The notes below the pieces were generated by a model. That model ran no database searches. It saw only the letters and a list, made by a program, of their open reading frames with translations, and was not told the origin of the DNA. The position numbers were made by a program, and so were the translations under genes. Source: Candidatus Latescibacterota bacterium (GTDB lineage Bacteria; Latescibacterota; UBA2968; UBA8231). From it: a stretch of 64,000 bases of DNA. The first letter of the stretch is position 1; each line of letters opens with the position of its first letter. Positions 30,594 through 40,193 of this stretch are shown piece by piece. Where the stretch lies: the NCBI GenBank assembly GCA_965206595.1, contig OZ242214.1, positions 3,136,001 to 3,200,000 of the forward strand, in the 5' to 3' direction.

Positions 30594-31034
30594 ATGGCGA
30601 GCCGACATGCCGACTGGCTGAAACAGGGCAAGCGAGACCTGGACCACGGACGCCGCTCGCTCAATGGGGGCGACTATGAGTGGGCCTGCTTTGCCGCCCA
30701 GCAAGGGGCGGAAAAAGCCGTCAAGGCGGTTATAGAGAAGGCCGGTGGCACGGCATGGGGACATTCTGTTACGGCGCTGCTTGAATCCTTGCCCGAGTCC
30801 CTGCGGCCCGATCAACTGCTGTTGGACGCCGCCAAGGCGTTGGACAAACACTATATCCCTGCTCGCTACCCTAATTCGCATCCGCAAGGAGCCCCTTATG
30901 AATACTACACGCGAGCTGAGGCACAGTGTGCGCTCGACCACGCCGGCCGGGTCATCGGCTTCTGTGAAGGTGTTCTGGCTGGACCGCCCGTGCCTCATGG
31001 AGCGCCTGAGGAATGCCGCCCGGACGCTCAGTGA
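30594..31034 (+). CDS. HEPN domain protein (HEPN/MNT TA pair)
   Basis: W..Q...DL, YEWACF.AQQ.AEKAVKA, WGHS, LDKHYIPARYP. Confidence 0.88.
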   Translation: MASRHADWLKQGKRDLDHGRRSLNGGDYEWACFAAQQGAEKAVKAVIEKAGGTAWGHSVTALLESLPESLRPDQLLLDAAKALDKHYIPARYPNSHPQGAPYEYYTRAEAQCALDHAGRVIGFCEGVLAGPPVPHGAPEECRPDAQ

Positions 31035-31332
31035 ACGCCACCCCGAGATCGAGCGAATCGTGCTGTTTGGTTCGCTGGCGCGAGGGGATGCCGTGCCGGG
31101 CAGCGATGCCGATCTGCTGATCGTCGTCAGCCACAGCGCCGAGGCTTTTCTGGAACGGACGGTGCGCTACCGCCCAACTGGTGTGGACGTGGGAGTCGAC
31201 GTGGTGGCATACACGAGAGAGGAACTGGCCGCGCTGCTGAAGGCGGGCAGTTCCTTTGTGCGACAGGCATTGCGGGAAGGGGTGGTGCTGGTCGGCGAAC
31301 CGGCAGGCGCACCGACCCTGCCACCAGAATAG
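30928..31332 (+). CDS. Minimal nucleotidyltransferase (MNT); start uncertain
   Basis: LFGSLARGDAVPGSDADLL; overlaps the HEPN 3' end. Confidence 0.82.
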   Translation: MRSTTPAGSSASVKVFWLDRPCLMERLRNAARTLSERHPEIERIVLFGSLARGDAVPGSDADLLIVVSHSAEAFLERTVRYRPTGVDVGVDVVAYTREELAALLKAGSSFVRQALREGVVLVGEPAGAPTLPPE

Positions 31333-31519
31333 CCGGATGCGTTCGCCCCCCTGCCGGCCACGTGGCCACAGACTTGCCGGCAAGACGTCGAGGTGGATTA
31401 CTCTCAACACCCGGTCACCCTGAGCAGCCCTCATCAACTTCAGCACCCTGTCGACGACTGGAAGTGATGGAGGAGATTCACGCGCCTCCGCCGCGGAACC
31501 AGAAACCACGAAGACGGAC

Positions 31520-32419
31520 ATGTTCAGAATTCGTCCTGACGACGCCGAGCAAAAGGCCCGGGCCTTCGGCGGCAGCCGCCTCGAGGAGATCCTGGAGGCG
31601 ATGGACCGGGACGGCCTCGTCGTGCTCGAGGACGTGGTGAACCCCGAGCACGTGGAAAAGCTCGGGGGGCGGATGAGGGCGGACATGGACGAGGTGAGGG
31701 CTCGGCGCCCGATCGGCGAGGAGTCGTCGAACGAGAGCCTGCCTCCGCCGTTGAACCACCCCTGGCTCTTCCGCGACGTCTGCTACAACGAGTTCGCGAT
31801 TCAGGTCGCCCACGCCATCCTCGGGGACGGGCTCTACTGGAACTTCTACAGCTCCAACACCGTGCATCCCCGCGAAACCCGGAAGCAGAACATCCATCAG
31901 GACGCCAGGCCCCTGTTCGTCGGGGAGACCGACAAGCCGCTGCCCCCGCACAACCTCGTTATCAACATCCCCCTGACCGACTTCACCGAGGCCAACGGCG
32001 CCACCGAGGTCTGGCTCGGCTCGCACAGGGAAACGGGCCGGCTCGTGGTCGGCGGGGACGATTACGAGGAGATGCTCGCCGAGCACCGGAAGCGGGACCG
32101 GGTCGTGCAGACGACGGCGAAGAAAGGCTCTCTGGTCATCCGCGACATGCGCCTCTACCACGGCGGCATGCCCAACCGCACCGACGAGCTGCGGCAGATG
32201 ATCGCCATGGTCTACAACCGCTACTTCTACCGCGTGCTGTGCTGGATGCCGTTCGCCAGGGGCACGGAGGATTTCTTCCAGCACCCGGTCCTGCAGGCGT
32301 TGTGCGCCTTCTTCGATGCGGAAGAGCTGGGCACGGACTACATCCACGAGCGGCATCGGAAGGGGCTCCCCGAGCTGGCGCAGGTGCCGGGAGTCGTCTG
32401 CGGCGGGACCCGGGCCTGA
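31520..32419 (+). CDS. PhyH-family dioxygenase
   Basis: IHQD, NGATEVWLGSH, RLYHGGMPN....R. Confidence 0.87.
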   Translation: MFRIRPDDAEQKARAFGGSRLEEILEAMDRDGLVVLEDVVNPEHVEKLGGRMRADMDEVRARRPIGEESSNESLPPPLNHPWLFRDVCYNEFAIQVAHAILGDGLYWNFYSSNTVHPRETRKQNIHQDARPLFVGETDKPLPPHNLVINIPLTDFTEANGATEVWLGSHRETGRLVVGGDDYEEMLAEHRKRDRVVQTTAKKGSLVIRDMRLYHGGMPNRTDELRQMIAMVYNRYFYRVLCWMPFARGTEDFFQHPVLQALCAFFDAEELGTDYIHERHRKGLPELAQVPGVVCGGTRA

Positions 32420-32597
32420 AGCGAGCGACCGTTCCGAAGGAGCAAGCGAGGCCATTGCTACAGGGTTCAATTGCGTCACCTTCATATCCATTTCCGGGTA
32501 CGTAAACGGCGCCGACACCATGCGAAGTCGGGCGACATCTTGCGCACCGAATCAAGATACGATACGATAATCCGAGTTTGAATCAGGAGTATCGGCT

Positions 32598-33803
32598 ATG
32601 GTCATCGAGCAAATTCACATCCAGAACTTCAAGGCGCTCAAAAACGTCGAGCTGAGGAACCTGCCCTCGCTGGCGGTTTTCGTCGGTCGGAACGGGACAG
32701 GGAAAACCACCTTGTTTCGCGTATTCTCGTTTTTAAAAAACTGTTTGGCGAACAACGTGCGTGTCGCCTTGCAAAACGAAGGCGGTTTCAACGGATTCAA
32801 GGAAGTGATTACCCGAGACACCGACACGTTAGATAGCATTATCATTGAACTCAAGATTCGTATGTCAATAGCCGAAAGAGAGCGCTTGGTGACCTATCGC
32901 CTGGAAGTCGGCCTGGAAGAGGGAGGCCCGATGGTTCGCCGGGAAATACTGCGCTACAAGCGTGCTTCTTATGGAGCGCCATTTCACTTCATCGATTTTA
33001 GCGGTGGCAAAGGCGCCGCGGTCAGCAACGAAGAGGATTTCAGTAAACCCGACACGGAGCTGACCAGGGAAAATCAAGCGGTTGATCCGGACGTGCTGGC
33101 CATCAGCAGTCTCGGACAATTGGAGCGCTTCAAGGCCGCAAGGGCATTTCGGGATCTGATAGAGAACTGGCATATTTCGGATTTCCATATCAACGACGCG
33201 CGCGGCAGGAAAAGCCTCGAGCCGGGCTTTCATCTTTCCAGTTCCGGAGACAATCTGCCTTCGGTGGCCCATCATCTCAAGGAAAGTTATCCCAATATTT
33301 TTGCAGAAGTACTGGAAAAGATGCGCCAGAGAGTCCCCGGCATCTCTCGTATCGAAGCCAGAACCGCGGAGGATGGAAGCTTGCTGATTCGCTACGCCGA
33401 CGGGGCTTTCAAGGATCCTTTTCTCGATTTCAACGTTTCAGACGGCACCATAAAGATGTTCGCCTATCTCCTGCTGCTACATGACCCTGAGCCGCACAAA
33501 ATCCTCTGTGTCGAGCAACCAGAAAACCAGTTGTACCCAAGGCTGATGAATATCCTTGCAGAAGAATTTGAAGAGTACGCCCGCAGAGGCGGCCAGGTAT
33601 TTGTTTCTACCCATTCACCGCAATTTCTCAACGCCATACCGGTGGAGAGCCTGTTCTTCATTGAAAAACATGAAGGCGTGTCGAAAATTCTGCCTTTTTC
33701 CTCGGACCCGCTAGTCAGCGAACAGCTTATGGCGGGGGACAAGGCGGGTTACCTGTGGGAACAAGGAATGCTGAAGGGGTTCGCTGAAAGAGCCGCACAA
33801 TGA
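32598..33803 (+). CDS. ABC-type (AAA_21-like) ATPase
   Basis: Walker A GRNGTGKT, signature VSDGT, Walker B ILCVEQPEN, H-loop STHSP; lower GC than flanks. Confidence 0.88.
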   Translation: MVIEQIHIQNFKALKNVELRNLPSLAVFVGRNGTGKTTLFRVFSFLKNCLANNVRVALQNEGGFNGFKEVITRDTDTLDSIIIELKIRMSIAERERLVTYRLEVGLEEGGPMVRREILRYKRASYGAPFHFIDFSGGKGAAVSNEEDFSKPDTELTRENQAVDPDVLAISSLGQLERFKAARAFRDLIENWHISDFHINDARGRKSLEPGFHLSSSGDNLPSVAHHLKESYPNIFAEVLEKMRQRVPGISRIEARTAEDGSLLIRYADGAFKDPFLDFNVSDGTIKMFAYLLLLHDPEPHKILCVEQPENQLYPRLMNILAEEFEEYARRGGQVFVSTHSPQFLNAIPVESLFFIEKHEGVSKILPFSSDPLVSEQLMAGDKAGYLWEQGMLKGFAERAAQ

Positions 33804-34337
33804 TCGTGCTCCTTACTGAGGAACCCTCCATGGAAGAATACTTGGAAATAATCGTGGCCCAATTCCATTCCCGGGGTGGACTGGTTGGTTCTGTCCTTTC
33901 AGGGAAAAAGAGACCTCGAACAGTCAATTCCCAAAAAAATGAAGGGATAGAACTATGGATGTCCGAACTTTATTATCTTGAGGGACAATGATGGCGGTGA
34001 TTGTTTCGCGATCAAGCAAAAATTATGTGCTATAGCGGAACAATCTGATAAACCATTTCACGTGCGAATTGTATGCCAGCAGTTGGAGAGCTGGCTGCTT
34101 GGCGACCTGCAGGCCATCAAGCAAGCCTATCCGAAGGCGCCCATTAAAGACAAGGCGAAGTTCCGGGACCCTGACCGGTTGACGAACGCCTCGCAGGAAT
34201 TGGCGAACTTGATCAATGTCCGGGCAAAGATCGAACGGGCAAAGAACATCGGCAGGCATCTCAATTTTAAGGAAAACCGCTCCCGCAGCTTTCACGTATT
34301 TATAAACACCTTTACACAATTGGTCCACTCTGCTTGA
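33800..34337 (+). pseudogene. DUF4276-family (TOPRIM-like) partner with a frameshift near 33865 and TAG at 33948-33950
   Basis: LTEEPSM, then in a shifted frame FQGKRDLEQSIPKKMKG*NYG..ILRD.D..DC, RIVCQQLESWLLGD, NRSRSF. Confidence 0.75.
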
Positions 34338-34426
34338 CAACCTGATAGCGCTCAATTCTTCGTTTCCGGTCCCGGCAAACCCAGCCAGCCGAGCAAAGGG
34401 GAAGTCAACAACTATTCATCCTCACC

Positions 34427-36008
34427 CTAAGCCGACAGCCAGTCGAGGATATTGCGAGTAATCCGGTCCACCGCGGGATCGCCTCCCTTCAGCCCCATGC
34501 ACCAGTCGGTGCACCCGGTCGTCACCACCGTTCCCCCGCGGCTGAAGGCGCCCAGGACCGCGGCCCCCTCAGTCAGCCGCCTGCCGGCGCCGGGGCCGTA
34601 AATCGCTTCCGAGGCCATGGCGATCGAGTCGTCGGCGTCGCTGAGGGAGGCGGGTGCGGTGGCGAGGATCTCGAAGGTTTCCGGAGTGCCGTCGCGGCAG
34701 GTCGGAACCGGCAGGCCGCCGGCCAGCTCGAACTCGCAACCGTCGCACTCGTAGCTGACGATCTGGTCCTTGCCGCCGAGCAGGTCCCCCTGCTTGAGCC
34801 CGGTCCTGGCGAACAGCCAGTGGCCGGGCCGGTGGATGGTGTAGGCCCCGGTCTGCGAGAAGCCGTGGTACCCCCCGTACGCGAAGCTGACCCCGGTCAG
34901 GCGGTTCTCCGGGCGGCCGATCAGGCGATGGCACCAGAGGGTCGACAGGGTGGCGTTGTTGCCGGAGGCGAAGTGCGGGGTCCCTTTCCATCTCATCCTT
35001 CCAGCAGACCAGGGCGCGCCCCTGCTCCTCGCTGCGCACCTGCCACCAGCTGACGTTGCCGCTGAAGAAGGCGGCGTTGCCGCCGGCGCCGACGAACCCC
35101 TCCAGGCTGTCCCGCATCGGCGCCGACCAGTACTCGTCGTGGCCGACCGACAGCACCAGCCGGTACCCTTCCAGCAGCCCCGGTGTGCTCTCGAGGTCGC
35201 CGTTGACGGCGTAGTCGATGGCGTACCCCGCGGCCTCCGCCCAGGCGACGAAATGCCGCTCCCAGTGATGCCAGCAGCTCAGCCAGGTCGAGAAGCCGTC
35301 GTGCACGGCGAGCTCGTCCTCCAGGTTCTCCAGCGTCGACAGGAAGCCGACGTCGAGGATGTGCCAGCGCTCTCCGGGGCGCTCGACGTGCACGCTGGCC
35401 CAGGGGGAAACCTGAACCCCTCCCGCGGCCAGCGAGTCGGCCAGGGCTTCCGGGACGACTCCCCGGTCGAGGTCCGCGGCGAACTCCGCGCTCACCGTGA
35501 ACAGGAACCGCTCCTTCCCGGGAAACCCGGCGAACGGCCGCTCGAAGGAGAGCCTGCGCGCCGGCCCCTGCGGGCCGTTGTAGAAGGTGGAGCCGCCAAA
35601 GGAGTTGTAAGCGGCTTCCGTGTTGGTCGGCCGCTGCAGCAGGATGGCGGCGTCGCGCCCGGGGTGGGCGGAGCGCACGACGAAGGCCGCCTCCCCGCCC
35701 ACCCCGAAGCCGGCCTCGTCCTCTCCCCGCAGCAGGGCGCAGTAGTACCCCGAAGGCCAGTCCGCGCCGACCGGGACGGTGAAGGAGACCGGCCAGCCGC
35801 AGCCCCTCTCCGAGGCGTCCGCGGGCACGGGATGCTCCCTGCCGGGAAGGCCCCAGCGCGTCCAGACCACCTGCCGGCGCGCCCCGATACGGGCGATCTC
35901 CACGCCGTAGAAATGCAGGTCGGTCGAGACGCAGAAGCCGATCTCGCCCCCCTGCGGCACGCTGAGCCGGTCGGTGTAGGCGTGGATAAAGGGGTCCTGT
36001 GCGGTCAT
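34427..36008 (-). pseudogene. N,N-dimethylformamidase beta-subunit family protein, frameshifted at about 34978
   Basis: AYN.FGG, SFERP, SVGHDEYWS, FFSGN..WWQVR; continues YECDG and VVTTGCTDW in another frame. One extra base in a C4 run. Confidence 0.8.
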
Positions 36009-36833
36009 AACGCGTCGCCTGGCGCGACAACCCGAGGTCCCGCACCCCCCTGCACGACCGCGGCGGTCCCCTCGCTGATGTGGCCGACCGTATCGCCGAG
36101 AGCGAACCACTGCACCCCCTTGGCGAACCAGTCGCGGACGGTGTCGGCGTCGAAGCCGATGGAGGTGCCGACCAGCAGGCCGGAGGCCGCTGCCTTGGCG
36201 ATCACGGTGTCGATCATCGCCGCGACCTCGGGATCGTTGCGGTTCCCATGCTTGCCCACCGACGCGGACAGGTCGCCTGGGCCGAGGACGATGCCGTGGA
36301 TTCCCGGCGTCGCCAGGATGCCGTCGAGGTTGCGCACCGCCTCGACGTGCTCGATCTGAACGATGCAGAGCACCTGGTCCCCGGCCGCGGCGACGTAGTC
36401 GCCGGCCGAGTCGAAGTACATCATGTTGCGGATTGGCCCCCAGCATGTTGCGGATTGGCCCCCAGCCGCGCACCCCCTCGGGCGGGTAGCGGAAGGCGCG
36501 CACCGCGGCCGCGGCCTCTTCGGCGGTGCAGACCATGGGCACGACGATGCCGGCCGGCGCCAGGTCGATGACGCGCTTGATGAGGACCGGGTCGTTCCAG
36601 CCGACGCGGACGAGGGCCGGCACCTGGGCGGCGCGCGCCGCCAGCAGGTGGGCGAGCACGGAGGGCAGGTCGAGGTGGGAGTGCTCGGTCTCGATCCAGA
36701 GGAAGTCGCTGCCGGCCTCGGCGGCCGCCTCGGAGGCGAGCGGATCGGTCAGGGTGATCTCGGTGCCGACCACGGGCCTGCCCTCGGCCACGGCCTCCCG
36801 GAAGCGTTCGACATGGTTGACGGACCTGGTCAT
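36005..36833 (-). pseudogene. HpcH/HpaI aldolase family protein, frameshifted by a 22-bp duplication
   Basis: WIETEH, VPMV, RYPPEGVRGWG, then VQIEH and LGPGDLS in a different frame. Confidence 0.85.
36422..36465. repeat. Perfect 22-bp tandem duplication CATGTTGCGGATTGGCCCCCAG x2
   Basis: Read directly at 36422-36443 and 36444-36465. Confidence 0.95.
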
Positions 36834-36838
36834 GGGAG

Positions 36839-37939
36839 TCATCTGCCTTTGAGGGGATGGACGCGGTCCTGCAGCGGGATGGAGAGCCGCACACCTGCGG
36901 CAAGGTGGGAGGCGTACACCCCCTGGACCATTTCGACGGTGTAGCGGACCGACCGGATGCTCGACAGGGGCTCGCGGTCCCCGGCGATGGCCGCCATGAG
37001 ATCGCGGGCCAGGATCTTGTTGCCGAGGTGCAGGAAGTTCTTCCCCTGCACCTCGGCAACAAGATCCTCCTCGTGCCAACGGTCCCAGACCAACCCGAGG
37101 TCCGGCAGCACCCGCGGCGCCGGATAGAGAAACACCTCCCCTGGCTGGCGCAGCTCGAGGCGGGCTTGCTCGCACTCGAGCGCCACCCCGAAGAGGTCGC
37201 CGATGCCGCGCTCGGGAGCGGCGAGGCCCGCGGTCGAGTCCCAGAAGCCGCGGGCGCCGTCGTCGAAGCCGAACATCGCCGAGATCGAGTCCCCGGCCAT
37301 GAGACCGACCGAACCGTCGCGGGCGTCGCCGGCGGCCGCGTCCCGGTCCCCGACGGCCACGTGCCCGCTGACCCAGCGCGGCAGGCCGGCGAAGGCGATC
37401 ATCAGGTCGAACATGTGGGTGCCGTGCAGCAACAGCTCCTCGCCGCCGCCGCGGCTGTCGTCCTTGGGGCGGCCCCAGAGGCGCAGCAGGCGGCCGTGTT
37501 CCCCGGCGGCGACCTCGCGGATCGCCCGCTGCACCGGCGCCATGGCCCGCCACTGGTGGGCGACCCCGACCTTGAGGTTGTCCGGCTCGACCGCGGCGAG
37601 GATGGCGTCGATGTCCGCCAGGCTTCCCGCGGCCGGTTTCTCCAGGTAGATGTGGCACCCCCCTGCGGCGGCCGCCTCGACCATCGGCACCCGCTCCCCG
37701 ACCCAGCCGGGGGCGATGACGCAGATGTCGGGCTTTTCGGCCTCCAGCATCCTGCGGTAGTCGGTGTAGAGCCGCGACACCCCGATCTTCTCCCCCGCGG
37801 CGGCCAACCCCTCGGGGTCACGGTCCGCGGCGGCTACCACGCGCGCCTCCTCGAGACCGCGGAAGGCGAGGTCGAGGCCGTGGGCGAAGCCGCCGCGGCC
37901 GGTCGAGCCGATGACGGCGACCCGGTACTGGTCAGGCAA
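36839..37939 (-). CDS. Gfo/Idh/MocA oxidoreductase
   Basis: VAVIG..G.G, YLEKP, HGTH.FD. Confidence 0.87.
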   Translation of the reverse strand: MPDQYRVAVIGSTGRGGFAHGLDLAFRGLEEARVVAAADRDPEGLAAAGEKIGVSRLYTDYRRMLEAEKPDICVIAPGWVGERVPMVEAAAAGGCHIYLEKPAAGSLADIDAILAAVEPDNLKVGVAHQWRAMAPVQRAIREVAAGEHGRLLRLWGRPKDDSRGGGEELLLHGTHMFDLMIAFAGLPRWVSGHVAVGDRDAAAGDARDGSVGLMAGDSISAMFGFDDGARGFWDSTAGLAAPERGIGDLFGVALECEQARLELRQPGEVFLYPAPRVLPDLGLVWDRWHEEDLVAEVQGKNFLHLGNKILARDLMAAIAGDREPLSSIRSVRYTVEMVQGVYASHLAAGVRLSIPLQDRVHPLKGR

Positions 37940-39032
37940 GGCCGCGCCTTCCCAGCACGAGGCTGCGGTCGGCGAGCGGCAGGTCGACGCGGACGCAGCC
38001 GCGGCGGTGGGACTCCCTCATGGCGATGGCGATCTCGAGCGCCTCGCGGCCGAACTCCCCCGGACAGGTGCGCTCCTCCCCTTCCTCGATGGAGCGGCAC
38101 ACCCCCTCGATGGCGTCGACCATGGAGCTGCGCGGGTACCACGGGTTGGGGAACTGCCGCTGCAGGGAGGTGCCGGTATCCGGGTCCATCGTCCACAGCT
38201 CGAACTGCGCGTGGGCGTTGCGCGACAGGATGCGGCCGCGCTCCCCGATGAACTCGACCGTCCACTGGAACCCGCTGTGCTGCTCGCAGCGCGAGTTCAG
38301 CAGGGCGCGGACCCCGTTCTCGTAGACGACGTACCCCGAGCCCGGAAGGTCGCCGCTCCCCGCGGCCTCGGCGTCGCTGTCCATGTGGCCGAAGACCCAG
38401 CTCGCCGGGGCCCCGGCGAACAGGCGCAGCAGCGCCAGGGTGTGGCTGCCGATGTTGGAGAGCGAGGAGGTGCAGTGGCAGACCATCGAGCGCAGCTCGC
38501 CGATGGCGCCGGCGGCGATCGCCTCGCGGGCGCTCGTGTACCAGCCGTACCAGTTGAGGTGGCAGGCCATCGCCAGGATGACCCCGTTGTCGCGGCAGGC
38601 GGCGATCATGGCGTCCGCCTCGGCCAGGGTCCGGCACATCGGCTTGGTGGCGAAGATCCCCTTCACCCCCGCTTCCGCGAGTCCGATCACCACCTCTGCC
38701 CGCTCCTCCGGGCCCGTGGTCACGGCGACGAGATCCGGTTTCTCCCGGGCCGCCATCTCGCGGTAGTCGCGGTAGAGGGCCTCGACGTTCCAGCGCCGCC
38801 GGAAGTCGTCGAGCTTGCCCTCGTCGACGTCGGCCGCGGCGACCAGCTCGGCGTTGCGCGCCTCGATGATGGCCGGGGCGTGCGCCCACGGCCACGGGTA
38901 GTGGGGCATGCCGATGTGCTCGTCGTCGATGGTGCTGCCCATGCGGCCGCAGCCGACCACCGCGGCGCGGTGGATCCTTCGGGGACGGGTCCGCTCAACC
39001 TCGCGGAACGCTTCACCGCGAACAGGTGCCAC
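37932..39032 (-). CDS. Gfo/Idh/MocA oxidoreductase
   Basis: VVGCGRMG, ATKPM (EKP variant), GSH. Confidence 0.85.
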   Translation of the reverse strand: MAPVRGEAFREVERTRPRRIHRAAVVGCGRMGSTIDDEHIGMPHYPWPWAHAPAIIEARNAELVAAADVDEGKLDDFRRRWNVEALYRDYREMAAREKPDLVAVTTGPEERAEVVIGLAEAGVKGIFATKPMCRTLAEADAMIAACRDNGVILAMACHLNWYGWYTSAREAIAAGAIGELRSMVCHCTSSLSNIGSHTLALLRLFAGAPASWVFGHMDSDAEAAGSGDLPGSGYVVYENGVRALLNSRCEQHSGFQWTVEFIGERGRILSRNAHAQFELWTMDPDTGTSLQRQFPNPWYPRSSMVDAIEGVCRSIEEGEERTCPGEFGREALEIAIAMRESHRRGCVRVDLPLADRSLVLGRRGLA

Positions 39033-39207
39033 GTTTCGGGCCTCTCGCTTTCGTCTGGGGGACGGGAGTTGGATATTTCCGGCGGCTGCCGGCGACGGAA
39101 GATACCGGGCAGCAGGGGCTGCGACAATGCGCCGCGGCGGCGCTTTCCCCGACAGCTTCTGCCCCCCGAAACCGCCCCAATTTTCACTCCTCAGACAAGG
39201 ACGAATC

Positions 39208-39948
39208 GTGAACGACTTCGACCAGGCTGTCCATGAGATCGAGATCTACGGCTTCACGGTGCTGGAAACGGTGCTCGACCCGACGGAAGTGGAACAGATG
39301 CGCGAGGCCCTGATCCGCTGCGAGCGGGAGGTCGGCACCGAGCACACCCACCGCGGATCGGCGCGGCACGTCTCCAACCTGCCGGTGCTCGACCCGGTCT
39401 TCTTCCGCTGCATCGACCACCCGCGCACCCTGCCGCTGCTCGAGCACTTCCTCGGGGACAACCTGATTCTCGGCAGCCTCAACTCCCGCATCGTGCGCCC
39501 CGGCGACGGCTACCAGGATTTCCACAGCGACATCCCGGTGGGGATGCTGAACATGGCCTCGCCGGTGATGATGAACACGGTCTGGATGCTCGACGACTTC
39601 AGCCCGGAGAACGGCGGCACCCGGGTGGTGCCGGGGTCGCACAAGAGCGGGCTCGGGGTCCCTCCCGAGGGGTTCGAGGTCGCCCACGTCGTGCAGCCGT
39701 CGGCGCCGGCAGGGAGCGTGCTGGTGTTCAACGGCCAGTGCTGGCACGCCGGCGGCGCCAACAACAGCAGCGCCAACCGCCACGCCCTCTTCGGGCATTA
39801 CCGCAAGCACATGCTGGTGTTCCAGCTCGACCCGCACGACGGGTTTCCCGCGCAGTGGTACGGGCGGCTCACCCAGCGCCAGAAGGAGCTCCTGCGCATG
39901 CAGCGCGGGCTCGGGGCCCTGCACGCCTCCGACAGCCACTTCCGCTGA
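39208..39948 (+). CDS. PhyH-family dioxygenase
   Basis: FHSD, NGGTRVVPGSH, WHAGGAN....R; GTG start inferred from the paralog at 45389. Confidence 0.88.
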   Translation: MNDFDQAVHEIEIYGFTVLETVLDPTEVEQMREALIRCEREVGTEHTHRGSARHVSNLPVLDPVFFRCIDHPRTLPLLEHFLGDNLILGSLNSRIVRPGDGYQDFHSDIPVGMLNMASPVMMNTVWMLDDFSPENGGTRVVPGSHKSGLGVPPEGFEVAHVVQPSAPAGSVLVFNGQCWHAGGANNSSANRHALFGHYRKHMLVFQLDPHDGFPAQWYGRLTQRQKELLRMQRGLGALHASDSHFR

Positions 39949-40193
39949 TCCTGCCTGCCCGCGGCAACCGTGGCGGTTGCCCATTCAAGGGGAACTTATA
40001 TACCAGGGTTACGAATGGGGCGGGATTGAGCAGTTAACTTCGGGGATGAAAAAGGCAAGCACTCAATCATAGCCTTGAGTGGCGTGATTGATGGCACGGA
40101 AACGTATGCCGTTGATGTGGTCCATGATGTTGTTGAAAATATGCTCACGGTCACAAGCAACAGTCAGTCGTAGGGAAGGATAAAGAACGAGAG

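Noticed and set aside
7542-33950. Amber recoding suggested by in-frame TAGs at 7542 and 33948
   Set aside because: TAG ends many intact genes here (e.g. 4760, 6678, 12681, 59908), and the two sites imply different residues (Gln, Trp).
40020-40173. Short open stretch ending ...LTVTSNSQS* before the WD40 gene
   Set aside because: May be a gene tail, but it has no start or recognisable motif.
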